From assembly GCA_017849315.1 (NCBI GenBank), contig JAFIHQ010000105.1, positions 1-34,413 on the forward strand: a stretch of DNA of 34,413 nt. The letters run 5' to 3'. The stretch comes from Treponema sp. Its GTDB lineage: Bacteria; Spirochaetota; Spirochaetia; Treponematales; Rectinemataceae. Positions 1 to 8,353 of this stretch are shown in pieces. Every line of letters begins with the position of its first letter. Positions within the stretch are counted from its first letter, which is position 1. Made by a program: the position numbers and the translations under genes. The notes below the pieces were generated by a model. That model worked only from the letters and a program-made list of their open reading frames with translations. It had not been told where the DNA came from and made no database searches.

Positions 1-237
1 CGCGAGGCGAGGCCGTCGCTTGTGCGCTCGCTCACCATTGCCACGATCAGTCTTATCGGCGCGACGGCTTCTGCTGGCCTTGTTGGCGGGGGTGGTTTAG
101 GGGATCTGGCATATCGATTTGGCTTTGTCCGCTACGAGAATTCGGTGATGTATGTCACGGTCCTGCTCCTCATCGTGCTCGTGCAGGTAGTGCAGTCCCT
201 GGGCGATTTTGTTGCGCGGAAGATATCGAAGGAATGA
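1..237 (+). CDS. metI: Methionine-type ABC transporter permease, C-terminal fragment (5' end lies outside the window)
   Basis: Frame 1 is open from base 1. The tail ...SLIGATASAGLVGGGGLGDLAYRFGF...LIVLVQVVQSLGDFVARK matches the conserved MetI C-terminus (GGGGLG..YGY, LVQ..Q..GD). Stop at 235-237. Confidence 0.75.
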   Translation, partial: REARPSLVRSLTIATISLIGATASAGLVGGGGLGDLAYRFGFVRYENSVMYVTVLLLIVLVQVVQSLGDFVARKISKE

Positions 238-290
238 TCGAAAGGACGAAAAGAACGAACAAAGAACAGCCACGGCTTAGGGGCGATGGC

Positions 291-319
291 TTAGGGCGAC
301 GTGGTATAAGTGGTATAAT
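291..319 (+). promoter_or_regulatory. Putative promoter with extended -10 (TGgTATAAT) for the downstream UPF0303 gene
   Basis: TGGTATAAT at 311-319 is the second copy of a tandem GTGGTATAA repeat (301-309, 310-318). Weak -35 TTAGGG at 291-296 with a 17-nt spacer. About 50 nt upstream of the ATG at 371. Confidence 0.4.
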
Positions 320-370
320 CGGATGTATATTCCGATTGACACGACAAAAACGCGGCAAAAAGGAGTTTGT

Positions 371-868
371 ATGTCGGATGATTACGCAGAAACACTGAAA
401 AAACTCGACGCAGAATTCGAAGCGCTGCAGTTTGACCGGTTCGGCTTTGAAGAAGCCTGGGCAATTGGCAACGATTTGGTCCAGACTGGCTTACGCGAAA
501 AACTCGGCATCGCGATAGACGTCACGGTAAACGGGCAGACCCTGTTCCACGCGGGCCTTCCTGGAAGTTCGCCGGACAACGACCACTGGATTGAGCGGAA
601 GGTGCATGTGGTGCAGCGCTTCCACAAAAGTTCACTCTTTATCGCGACACAGCTCAGACAAAAAGGCAAAACGATGGAGGAAGAATACGCTATTCCGTCA
701 GCGGAATTTGCGGCCTCGGGCGGCGCCGTTCCCATCCGCGTGCGCGGTGTAGGCGTCATTGGCGCCGTCACGGTGTCCGGCTTACGCGACTACGAGGACC
801 ACGACATGGCCGCCGCGGCCATCAGGCGCAGCATCAATAGCAGCGTCAGTACCCATAGGGGGCAATGA
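371..868 (+). CDS. UPF0303 / GlcG-like heme-degrading-domain protein
   Basis: Start moved to ATG 371 (MSDDYAETL...) because AAAGGAG lies 6 nt upstream. The sequence (GIAIDV..NGQ..F...LPG...DN..WI.RK...V..F..SS; GGA.PI...G.VIGA.TVSGL....DH) fits the UPF0303/Haem_degrading family. Confidence 0.7.
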   Translation: MSDDYAETLKKLDAEFEALQFDRFGFEEAWAIGNDLVQTGLREKLGIAIDVTVNGQTLFHAGLPGSSPDNDHWIERKVHVVQRFHKSSLFIATQLRQKGKTMEEEYAIPSAEFAASGGAVPIRVRGVGVIGAVTVSGLRDYEDHDMAAAAIRRSINSSVSTHRGQ

Positions 869-1022
869 CACGTTGAAGCCACTGTGCTCCTCCCCGGGGT
901 TACCCCTTGTCATATTATACAAATTATATATATAACTTGTACAATATTATAAGCTGCCCTTAGAAACCCAAATTGGAGGCTAGAACGCGACAAGATTGTT
1001 CTAGACCACAGGAGGAGCCCCG

Positions 1023-2561
1023 ATGGCCAAAAAAATCGAGAAGATCCAGCTTGCGAGAAGGATTTCACTAGGCGTATTTTTCGTGGCGTTTACTGTGCTT
1101 ACGATTCTGCATCAAAAGGTTCAGAACATGCCCTCTGTCGATTCTCTTGATCCTTTTGGGGGCATAGAGACACTTTTCAAGTATATCGCCGGTGGCGAAT
1201 TAGTTAAGAAAATAATGCCTTCGAACCTTGTGCTCTTGGCTGCAATCATAATCTTGGGCGTGGTGCTCTCGCGGTTTTTCTGTGGTTGGATCTGTGCGTT
1301 CGGTGCACTTCAGGGTATGTTTGGTTGGATCGGAAAAAAGCTTTTTAAGAAGCGCCGCGTTGTACCGGAAAAACTTGACAGGGCGCTTCGCTGGATCAAA
1401 TATCCTCTACTCGCAGGCATCGTATATTTTACGTGGACGACCGGGACATTGATAATCCGGCCCTATGATCCGCTTGCGGCGTATGCGCACCTGTCCGCTG
1501 GAATCGCCTCAGTATGGGCGGAATTTGCCGTCGGGCTCATTATTCTGGTTGTGGTTCTCGTTCTATCGACACTGTACGAAAGAGCCTTCTGCAAGTATCT
1601 GTGCCCACTGGGGGCGGTGAACTCGATCCTCGGCCGAATCCCGCTCTTTAGGATAAAGCGCGATTCCACAACGTGCATCTCGTGTTCGAAGTGCGATCGC
1701 GTCTGTCCAATGAATGTCGATGTGTCGAATGCCAAGACAATAACTTCTCCGGAATGTATCGGCTGCATGGAGTGCGTGACCTCATGCCCCACAAAAAAGG
1801 ACACGCTCTATACGACGCTTGCAGGGAAGAAAGTCAAAACCAGTACCATCGTTATTGTGGGATTGGCAATTTACTTGGGCGCACTGGGTATCGGCGCACT
1901 GACGGGCAAGTTGGATTTTGTCGGTCCTAGCCTTAAAGAACAGGCAACCAGTGGAACGCTCAAAATTGAGGACATACGTGGATCTTCGACATGGGCAGAG
2001 CTTGCGGAATCGTTCAACGTCAGTCTCACAGAATTATACAAGACGGCCAATGTCGATGGAACAAAGGTGCCCCCAGATACGAAGCTTAAGGATACTGGTG
2101 CGCTCATTGGCAGAACGTTCGAAGCAGATGAAGCCCGATTAGCTGTAGCAACCTTACTCGGTATCCCCTATAGCGGCGAGAATGGTACGACCCCCTCTGC
2201 ATCCGTTCAGCCCGTGGAGGCCGCTCAGACTGGTGAGGCTGTGCAGGGTGCGCCGGCTGTTCCTGAGAAGGCCGTGGAACCGACCAAAGTCACCAAACCA
2301 TCCACGCTTGCAGAACCGGCAGCATCTGTTGTGCCAGCAGCACCTGCCGCATCTGAAGGCGCACTTGTAGTGCCCGATGGTTTTGTTCTTGAAGGAACTA
2401 TGACCATAAAGGATATTGCCGCTGCATTGAATGTCTCGGAAGCCAAGATCATCGAAAAGTTGCAACTTCCTGCGGATATCTCTGTAACAACGCCGCTTCG
2501 CGATATGAAGGACCAATACGGCTATACAATGACCACACTTAAGGAGCGGTTTGCTCAGTAA
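1023..2561 (+). CDS. Membrane 4Fe-4S ferredoxin-type protein (NapH/YccM-like) with a long C-terminal extension
   Basis: GGAGGAG SD at 1010-1016. Several N-terminal TM helices with CGWICAFG and CKYLCPLG motifs. Two CxxCxxCxxxCP clusters (CISCSKCDRVCP, CIGCMECVTSCP), one more TM helix, then a roughly 230-aa soluble tail with a P/A-rich linker. Confidence 0.75.
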   Translation: MAKKIEKIQLARRISLGVFFVAFTVLTILHQKVQNMPSVDSLDPFGGIETLFKYIAGGELVKKIMPSNLVLLAAIIILGVVLSRFFCGWICAFGALQGMFGWIGKKLFKKRRVVPEKLDRALRWIKYPLLAGIVYFTWTTGTLIIRPYDPLAAYAHLSAGIASVWAEFAVGLIILVVVLVLSTLYERAFCKYLCPLGAVNSILGRIPLFRIKRDSTTCISCSKCDRVCPMNVDVSNAKTITSPECIGCMECVTSCPTKKDTLYTTLAGKKVKTSTIVIVGLAIYLGALGIGALTGKLDFVGPSLKEQATSGTLKIEDIRGSSTWAELAESFNVSLTELYKTANVDGTKVPPDTKLKDTGALIGRTFEADEARLAVATLLGIPYSGENGTTPSASVQPVEAAQTGEAVQGAPAVPEKAVEPTKVTKPSTLAEPAASVVPAAPAASEGALVVPDGFVLEGTMTIKDIAAALNVSEAKIIEKLQLPADISVTTPLRDMKDQYGYTMTTLKERFAQ

Positions 2562-2586
2562 CGTTAGGCGATTCAAGAATCTCCTC

Positions 2587-2620
2587 AATCTCCTCGGGCC
2601 ATCTTCCGAGGAGATTTTGG
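2587..2620 (+). terminator. Intrinsic terminator between convergent genes (4Fe-4S gene and FNT gene)
   Basis: Perfect 11-bp stem AATCTCCTCGG (2587-2597) / CCGAGGAGATT (2606-2616) with an 8-nt loop, followed by TTTTGGTCTT. It sits in the 76-nt gap between two convergent stops. Confidence 0.6.
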
Positions 2621-2637
2621 TCTTGACCTAAAGCAGG

Positions 2638-3483
2638 CTATTGCCGCTTTGTAGATTTCCTGAGGTAGACAAACCAGTACGAGCAGCCCACAAACACGAC
2701 GCCGCCGACAATGTTGCCCAGCGTAACGGGCAGGAGGTTGTTCAGTAGAAAGCTGCCCCAGTTGAGGTGAGCGATCTTCTCGGGCGACACGCCAAGGCTG
2801 AGGGCTGCCTGGTACCAGGCGTCGTTGTTTTTGGCCAAAATGCCGGCGGGAATGTAGTACATGTTCGCGATGCTGTGCTCGAATCCGGAAGTCACGAAGA
2901 GCCAGATTGGGAAGAAAATCGAAAAGATTTTGCCGATGATATCGTTCGCTGCCGAGGCCATCCACACGGCGGTGCAGACCAGACAGTTGCACAAAATGCC
3001 CATAACAAAGGCATTCAGGAACGAAAGGCTCGTTTTGCCGGCAGCCACTTTGATGGTGTAACCGCCCAGCGCTCCTGCGGAAAGATCAAGCTGTCCGGAA
3101 GCCTGAATCAGGAGGACGACGATCATTGCGCCAATAAAATTCCCGAGGTAAACGAAGAACCAGTTCCGGAGCATTGCGCCGACTTTGACTTTCTTTTCCA
3201 GCACGCCGATGATGATAAGGCTGTTGCCGGTAAAAAGCTCGGCCCCCGCCACGATGACCATCATGAGGCCCGCGGTAAAGAGCGCGCCCGAGACCAATTT
3301 GGCGACGCCCACAGACGCTATGGTGTGAACGGCGACGTTGGAGCCTGCCCCTGCAAAGGCGATAAACGCCCCCGCCATGATGCCCAATACCAGCTGTTTG
3401 ATGGGTGTCAGCGCCGCTTTGGTGCTGGCTGTGTTGACGTAGTTTGCTGCGACTTCCCCGGGAAGATAATATGCGCGGTCCAT
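2638..3483 (-). CDS. Formate/nitrite transporter (FNT) family channel
   Basis: 281 aa with six predicted TM segments. N-terminus ...TASTKAALTPIKQLVLGIMAGAFIAFAG and motifs FTGN and SGFEHSIANMY are typical of FocA/NirC. AGGAGG SD upstream of the ATG at 3483. Confidence 0.85.
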   Translation of the reverse strand: MDRAYYLPGEVAANYVNTASTKAALTPIKQLVLGIMAGAFIAFAGAGSNVAVHTIASVGVAKLVSGALFTAGLMMVIVAGAELFTGNSLIIIGVLEKKVKVGAMLRNWFFVYLGNFIGAMIVVLLIQASGQLDLSAGALGGYTIKVAAGKTSLSFLNAFVMGILCNCLVCTAVWMASAANDIIGKIFSIFFPIWLFVTSGFEHSIANMYYIPAGILAKNNDAWYQAALSLGVSPEKIAHLNWGSFLLNNLLPVTLGNIVGGVVFVGCSYWFVYLRKSTKRQ

Positions 3484-3615
3484 CCTCGCCTCCTATTTTT
3501 CGAAGTGAGGATTATATCGAGACCACTCCTTTATGTCGAGAAGTTTTTTATGTGCGGTGCATCGCGCGCTCATCGCCACGTCGTAACGACTCGCGGCGCG
3601 TTCAATAGTGGCCTA

Positions 3616-3963
3616 TCAATAATGATCGCCTTCTGGCGGCACGATGCAGATAAAGCGGAAATCTCCATGCCCTGTGTTCACAAATTGATGGAGTTTCCCT
3701 GCTTCGATATAGTCCACTGACCCTTTTCTTACAGGGTGAGCGACGCCATCGATATAGAGCAGGCCTTCTCCCTCAAGTATGTAATTCACGTGCCACCAGG
3801 TATGCGAGTGCATCGAAGTATTCCCGCCCTCCGCCAGGGTGAAAATGCGCATGTAGCCGTCCTGCCAGCCGTCGCGCGGCCCCACCGCAATCTGCTTCTT
3901 TACGCCCTCTATACCTTCGCCCGTCAATTCGACCGACTTAACTTCGTCTTCGTGTGTTATCAT
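3616..3963 (-). CDS. Cupin-domain protein
   Basis: Cupin motifs G(G)NTSMHSHTWWHVNYILEG and G..H.F.N. The ORF-track start at 3978 is a TTG; the first ATG is at 3963. Neither has a clear SD, so the start is uncertain. Probably co-transcribed with the FNT gene. Confidence 0.65.
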   Translation of the reverse strand: MITHEDEVKSVELTGEGIEGVKKQIAVGPRDGWQDGYMRIFTLAEGGNTSMHSHTWWHVNYILEGEGLLYIDGVAHPVRKGSVDYIEAGKLHQFVNTGHGDFRFICIVPPEGDHY

Positions 3964-4234
3964 GGCTATAAGATACAAAGGTGGTATCGAGGTGACAAGG
4001 CACGCAGAAACTGGTTCCCCGCGCTTTTCTCAAATCTTCAAGTCCCACCCGCGTTATGCGCTCTTCCAATTTGCGAATCTCATTTCGCGACGATGACAAC
4101 GGGGTATTTTTCTTCAATTATGATGAGCCTTGGAATTTAGACGATAGTTGAAGAGAACTAAGGTTGGCAGATGGCTTCTTCCAAACAGAGAAGCAGAGTG
4201 TCCAAAAAAACGTCCGTACCTCTAACCGGGAAAT

Positions 4235-7200
4235 TTACACCGATCTTGACGAACAAAACGTTTTTTGCGTCAGTTCATCGGCGATCATCTCTGCCTGTTT
4301 GAGCACAGTTTCTGTCGCTAGCGCCTGCATATCTGGCGGATAGCCGTACTGTCGCAGCGTGCGCTTAACCATCACCTTGAGCCTTGCCTTCACGCTTTCC
4401 TTTATGGTCCAATCGATTGTGGCGTTCTGCCTTACCTTTTGATAGAGAACTATGGCGAGTTCCCGCAGTGTTTCCTTCTGCATCAACTCTTGTGCGCTCG
4501 TGTTATCCGCAATTGCAGTGTAAAAAGCATATTCATAGTCCGATAAACCCATCTCCGCCGGTTGCTTATCTATACGCTGAATTTCTTTGCTTAACTCGAT
4601 CAGTTCATCGATCACTTCGACAGCGGTGACGACCTTGTTGTAGTATCGCTGAAGAGACTCTTCCAGCATCTCCATAAGAGTATGGCTCTGCACTAGATTT
4701 TTCTTCATTCTCCCCTTGATCTCGTCGTTTAAAAGCTTCTTTAACACCTCCACTGCGATGTTTTGGTGCTCCATGTTCTTTACTTCTAGCAGGAATTCTT
4801 CAGAAAGGATGGAAATATCCGGTTTCTTTATACCGGCTGCATCAAAGACATCGATTACCTTTTCCGTGACCAAAGCCTGGTCGATAATTTGCTTGACGGT
4901 GGTCTCTATTTCTTCATCTGTTTTCCCACTTCCCGTGCTATCAAACTTCACCAGTCTGGCTTTCACCGCCTGATAGAACGCCACTTCTTCCTTGACTGCT
5001 GTCGCCCGCTCGTGTGGAATAGCGATGGCGAACGCCTTTGATAGGGCAGTAACTTCATCAACATAACGTTTTTTGCCGTCTTCAAGACCAAGAACATGAT
5101 CCTCGGCGGCGAGAATAATCGACAGGCGTTCTGAAGTGCTTGCGGTAAAATATCGCTGGTAATTGAATCCGTGAAACATCTGCGCAATGACTTCCAGCTT
5201 TTCAAGCATAACCTGAACAGCCTCTTCCTGAAGGACCGCAGGATCGCCCCTGCCGCCACTGTCAGCATAAAAGGCAAGCGCCTCTTTCAAATCAGCGGCA
5301 ATCCCGAGGTAATCCACGATCAGGCCACCAGGCTTGTCCTTATAGACCCTATTTACCCGCGCGATTGCCTGCATCAGTGTATGCCCTCTCATGGGCTTAT
5401 CAAGATACATAGTGTGAAGACATGGCACATCGAAGCCAGTGAGCCACATATCGCACACGATGACCAGTTTGAGTTCATCCTGCGGGTCTTTCATTCGCTC
5501 CGCCAGCATGCGCCGTTGTTCCTTTGTGGTGTGGTGCCGTGAAAGCTCAGGGCCATCCGATGATGCAGAGGTAATAACCACCTTGATGGAACCCTTTTTG
5601 AGGTCATCGTCCTGCCATTCTGGTCTTATTTTGATTATTTCATCATAGAGGCTGACGGCGATGAATCGAGACATCGCCACCACCATGGCTTTACCTTCAA
5701 AAGCCTGCTGGCGCTGCTCGAAATGAGACACAATATCTTTTGCAATGTGCCGAATTCGATCGCTGCTCCCTATCAGCGCTTCCAGCTGAGTCCATTTAGC
5801 CCTTGTCTTTTGTGTTTCGGCAAGTTCATCGAGTTTGAGTTCCTTATCCAGGTCGTTGATGAGTCTTTTCCCCTGTTCACTCAATTCGATTTTTGCGAGT
5901 CTGCTTTCGTAGTATATCTTCACGATGGCGCCGTCTTCCTGCGCTTGTGAGATGTCGTAGATGTCGACATAGTTACCAAAGACAGCTGGAGTGTTTCTAT
6001 CCTCTTTTTCTATTGGTGTACCCGTAAAACCGATATAGGTGGCATTGGGCAGGGCATCCCGCATGTACTTGGCAAAACCATACACGGTTTTTTTGCCAAC
6101 CACGTTTCCCTGTTCATCCTTTTCGTCTATCGTCTTTGCCCTGAAGCCATACTGGGTTCGATGAGCCTCATCGACGATTACCACGATGTTCCGTCTATCG
6201 GATAGCTGTGGATATATGTTACCCTCTTCCGGCTGGAACTTCTGAATCGTAGTAAAGACCACACCACCCGAGGCGACGTTGAGCAGTTCTTGTAAGTGTT
6301 CTCTATTCTCCGCCTGAACAGGATCCTGCCTGAGGAGTTGTTTTGAGGACGCAAAGGTATCGAAAAGCTGGTCATCCAGGTCGTTCCTGTCGGTAATGAC
6401 TAATATTGTTGGATTATCCAGCATTTGAATGATCTTGCCTGCAAAGAACACCATGGAAAGCGATTTTCCGCTTCCTTGCGTGTGCCATATCACGCCTCCC
6501 TTATGATCTCCCACAGCCTGAGTACGCACACTGGCAAGTCCATAATTCTCAGGGGCTTCTTTGACACTACCGGCCTCCTTTACGGCGGCATAGCCAGACG
6601 CCCGCAGGGTAGACTCCACAGCCTTATTTACCGCAAAATATTGATGATAGTAGGCCATCTTCTTGACAGTCTGAATGGATACGATACCAGTTTCTTTATC
6701 CTCTCTTTTGGATTTTTCAAACACGATAAAATGATGAATAAGGTCAAGAAGCGTTTTTTTGTTCAGCATGCCTCTGATAAGGGTTTCGAGCTGGCTTACC
6801 AGCCTGGATTCGTCCTTTGTGCCATCTATTGATTTCCACGCCATAAAATGACTGTAACCAGAGGAGATGGAGCCTGCCTTTGCCTCGAGCCCATCGGAGA
6901 TCACGATGAAGCCGTTATACGTAAATATGCCCGGAATCGTCTGTTTATAGGTTTGAATCTGGTTAAAGGCGGATCGCACTGTTGCCTGTTCATCTGCCGG
7001 GTTCTTCAACTCCATGACGACAAGTGGAATGCCGTTGACAAATAGGACGATGTCGGGACGCTTGTTGTTGTTACCTTCTATAACGGTATATTGATTGACC
7101 ACTAGAAATTCGTTGTTTTCTGGATTCTTATAATCGATGAGCCATACCAAATCTCCCCGTTCTACACCATCCCTTCTGTACTGTACCCGAATTCCTTCCG

Positions 7201-7483
7201 TGAGCATTCTGTGAAAGGCTTCGTTGTTTACAATGAGTTCTTGCGACCCAAAGCGCTGAATCTGCTTGATAGCATCGTCCTGCGCATCGACAGGAACTCC
7301 CGGGTTGATGCGTCCAATAGCGTTCCTCAGCCTTTGTAGTAAAAGCACTTCCTCCAAAGATTGCCTCTCCGCCCTATCCCCATCCGGCGCAATATCGGGA
7401 CCGGCACAGCACTGGTAGCCGTTTCCATCAAGGAGTTCGATGGCAAATTCTTCGATATCAGATTCGGTGATTCTGGAAGCCAT
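4235..7483 (-). CDS. hsdR: Type I restriction endonuclease, R subunit (HsdR)
   Basis: N-terminal PD-(D/E)xK-like motif PDIVLFVNGIPLVVMELK, helicase motif I HTQGSGKS, DEAH box VIVDEAHRTQ, and the long helical C-terminal domain typical of HsdR. I prefer the ATG at 7483 (AAGAGGG SD 4-5 nt upstream) over the ORF-track ATG at 7504. Confidence 0.95.
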   Translation of the reverse strand: MASRITESDIEEFAIELLDGNGYQCCAGPDIAPDGDRAERQSLEEVLLLQRLRNAIGRINPGVPVDAQDDAIKQIQRFGSQELIVNNEAFHRMLTEGIRVQYRRDGVERGDLVWLIDYKNPENNEFLVVNQYTVIEGNNNKRPDIVLFVNGIPLVVMELKNPADEQATVRSAFNQIQTYKQTIPGIFTYNGFIVISDGLEAKAGSISSGYSHFMAWKSIDGTKDESRLVSQLETLIRGMLNKKTLLDLIHHFIVFEKSKREDKETGIVSIQTVKKMAYYHQYFAVNKAVESTLRASGYAAVKEAGSVKEAPENYGLASVRTQAVGDHKGGVIWHTQGSGKSLSMVFFAGKIIQMLDNPTILVITDRNDLDDQLFDTFASSKQLLRQDPVQAENREHLQELLNVASGGVVFTTIQKFQPEEGNIYPQLSDRRNIVVIVDEAHRTQYGFRAKTIDEKDEQGNVVGKKTVYGFAKYMRDALPNATYIGFTGTPIEKEDRNTPAVFGNYVDIYDISQAQEDGAIVKIYYESRLAKIELSEQGKRLINDLDKELKLDELAETQKTRAKWTQLEALIGSSDRIRHIAKDIVSHFEQRQQAFEGKAMVVAMSRFIAVSLYDEIIKIRPEWQDDDLKKGSIKVVITSASSDGPELSRHHTTKEQRRMLAERMKDPQDELKLVIVCDMWLTGFDVPCLHTMYLDKPMRGHTLMQAIARVNRVYKDKPGGLIVDYLGIAADLKEALAFYADSGGRGDPAVLQEEAVQVMLEKLEVIAQMFHGFNYQRYFTASTSERLSIILAAEDHVLGLEDGKKRYVDEVTALSKAFAIAIPHERATAVKEEVAFYQAVKARLVKFDSTGSGKTDEEIETTVKQIIDQALVTEKVIDVFDAAGIKKPDISILSEEFLLEVKNMEHQNIAVEVLKKLLNDEIKGRMKKNLVQSHTLMEMLEESLQRYYNKVVTAVEVIDELIELSKEIQRIDKQPAEMGLSDYEYAFYTAIADNTSAQELMQKETLRELAIVLYQKVRQNATIDWTIKESVKARLKVMVKRTLRQYGYPPDMQALATETVLKQAEMIADELTQKTFCSSRSV

Positions 7484-7496
7484 TTTGCCCTCTTTT

Positions 7497-7561
7497 TGTC
7501 TCATCTATGAGACATATCTCGTTTTGTGTCTCACAAAATGCATTCCGTGAGACACAAAACG
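7497..7561. repeat. Nested inverted repeats built on TGAGACA/TGTCTCA, immediately upstream of hsdR
   Basis: TGTCTCA (7497-7503) / TGAGACA (7508-7514). Perfect 15-bp arms CGTTTTGTGTCTCAC (7520-7534) / GTGAGACACAAAACG (7547-7561) around a 12-nt loop that contains the palindrome AATGCATT. No U-tract follows on either strand. Confidence 0.9.
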
Positions 7562-7685
7562 GTCCCAAAATGAGAAATATATGCTAAATTCTTTCTACTC
7601 CTAACATCTTGCGTAAGTAATATAACTTGCACTGTATCTCTACTGTTGTTCTTCAGAAATTCAAATACAAATTCATCAACATTGG

Positions 7686-8330
7686 TCATTCCTTGTCCTC
7701 CTTAAAAGCCTTCAGCTCTGTTAGATATGCATTATAATCAACATAAAACAAGATTTCACTCGCAGAATAAGAATAGTCCCCCATATCAAAATCACCATAA
7801 CTTTCATCCAATAAGTCATTGAACTCTGCATTATCATCAAATGATATTTTATCCTTATATGTTTCAATATGTCGTCTAGGATTCTTATTCTCAAAAGCTC
7901 TAATAAGAAATGTAGCTATTATTTCCGTTGAATCTATAAGGAATTCTCTTGTCATTTCATCAACTCTACTATTGCGCTCTTTCAGCTCTTCTAACTCTTT
8001 GCCATGTGCCGTTATCCCTATTTCATTTCTAAGATTACCCATCTCTTGACCAATGCTTGCTAATGCAGTAGAAATATGATTCACCAATTCTTGATTGGCG
8101 TATCCAAGTGAATTAAATGCTTGTTTCAAAATTTTATTAGTAGTTGCATTTTCTTCAATTGAAATGTTTTTTAATTTACATATTTCTTTACAGATTGTTT
8201 CAAGTAGCGACTTTGCATTCTCAAATGCCGTGCTAAAGTCGTCCTGAATGTAGGTATCTATTCTTTGAGTATAAATTCGTAAATCAGACCATCGTCCATA
8301 TTGTTCAATTACTTGATTGAGCTTTTTCAT
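7686..8330 (-). CDS. Abi_C-like (abortive-infection C-terminal domain) protein embedded between hsdS and hsdR
   Basis: 214 aa. The central segment IGQEMGNLRNEIGITAHGK...EFLIDSTEIIATFLIRAFE resembles the RN..G.AHG signature plus following helix of the Abi_C family. Acidic, aromatic C-terminal tail. Very AT-rich (14/60 GC in 8101-8160). Confidence 0.6.
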   Translation of the reverse strand: MKKLNQVIEQYGRWSDLRIYTQRIDTYIQDDFSTAFENAKSLLETICKEICKLKNISIEENATTNKILKQAFNSLGYANQELVNHISTALASIGQEMGNLRNEIGITAHGKELEELKERNSRVDEMTREFLIDSTEIIATFLIRAFENKNPRRHIETYKDKISFDDNAEFNDLLDESYGDFDMGDYSYSASEILFYVDYNAYLTELKAFKEDKE

Positions 8331-8353
8331 AGTTTAGCAATCCTCAATCAATC

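Noticed and set aside
2767-3720. 317-aa plus-strand ORF antisense to the FNT and cupin genes
   Set aside because: It overlaps two minus-strand genes that have clear family signatures. The product is Arg/His/Asp-rich with no motifs, which is typical of antisense ORFs in GC-rich DNA.
4141-4234. Possible terminator downstream of hsdR (GCTTCT...AGAAGC, 6-bp stem; A7/T7 run at 4204-4210)
   Set aside because: The stem is short with a 9-nt loop and is not adjacent to the T-run on the minus strand. I found no convincing hairpin plus U-tract combination.
7505-7685. Small ORFs in the abiC-hsdR spacer (for example a 26-codon plus-strand ORF from 7508, and a 12-codon minus-strand ORF)
   Set aside because: They are very short, have no SD, and are generated by the palindromic repeats themselves.
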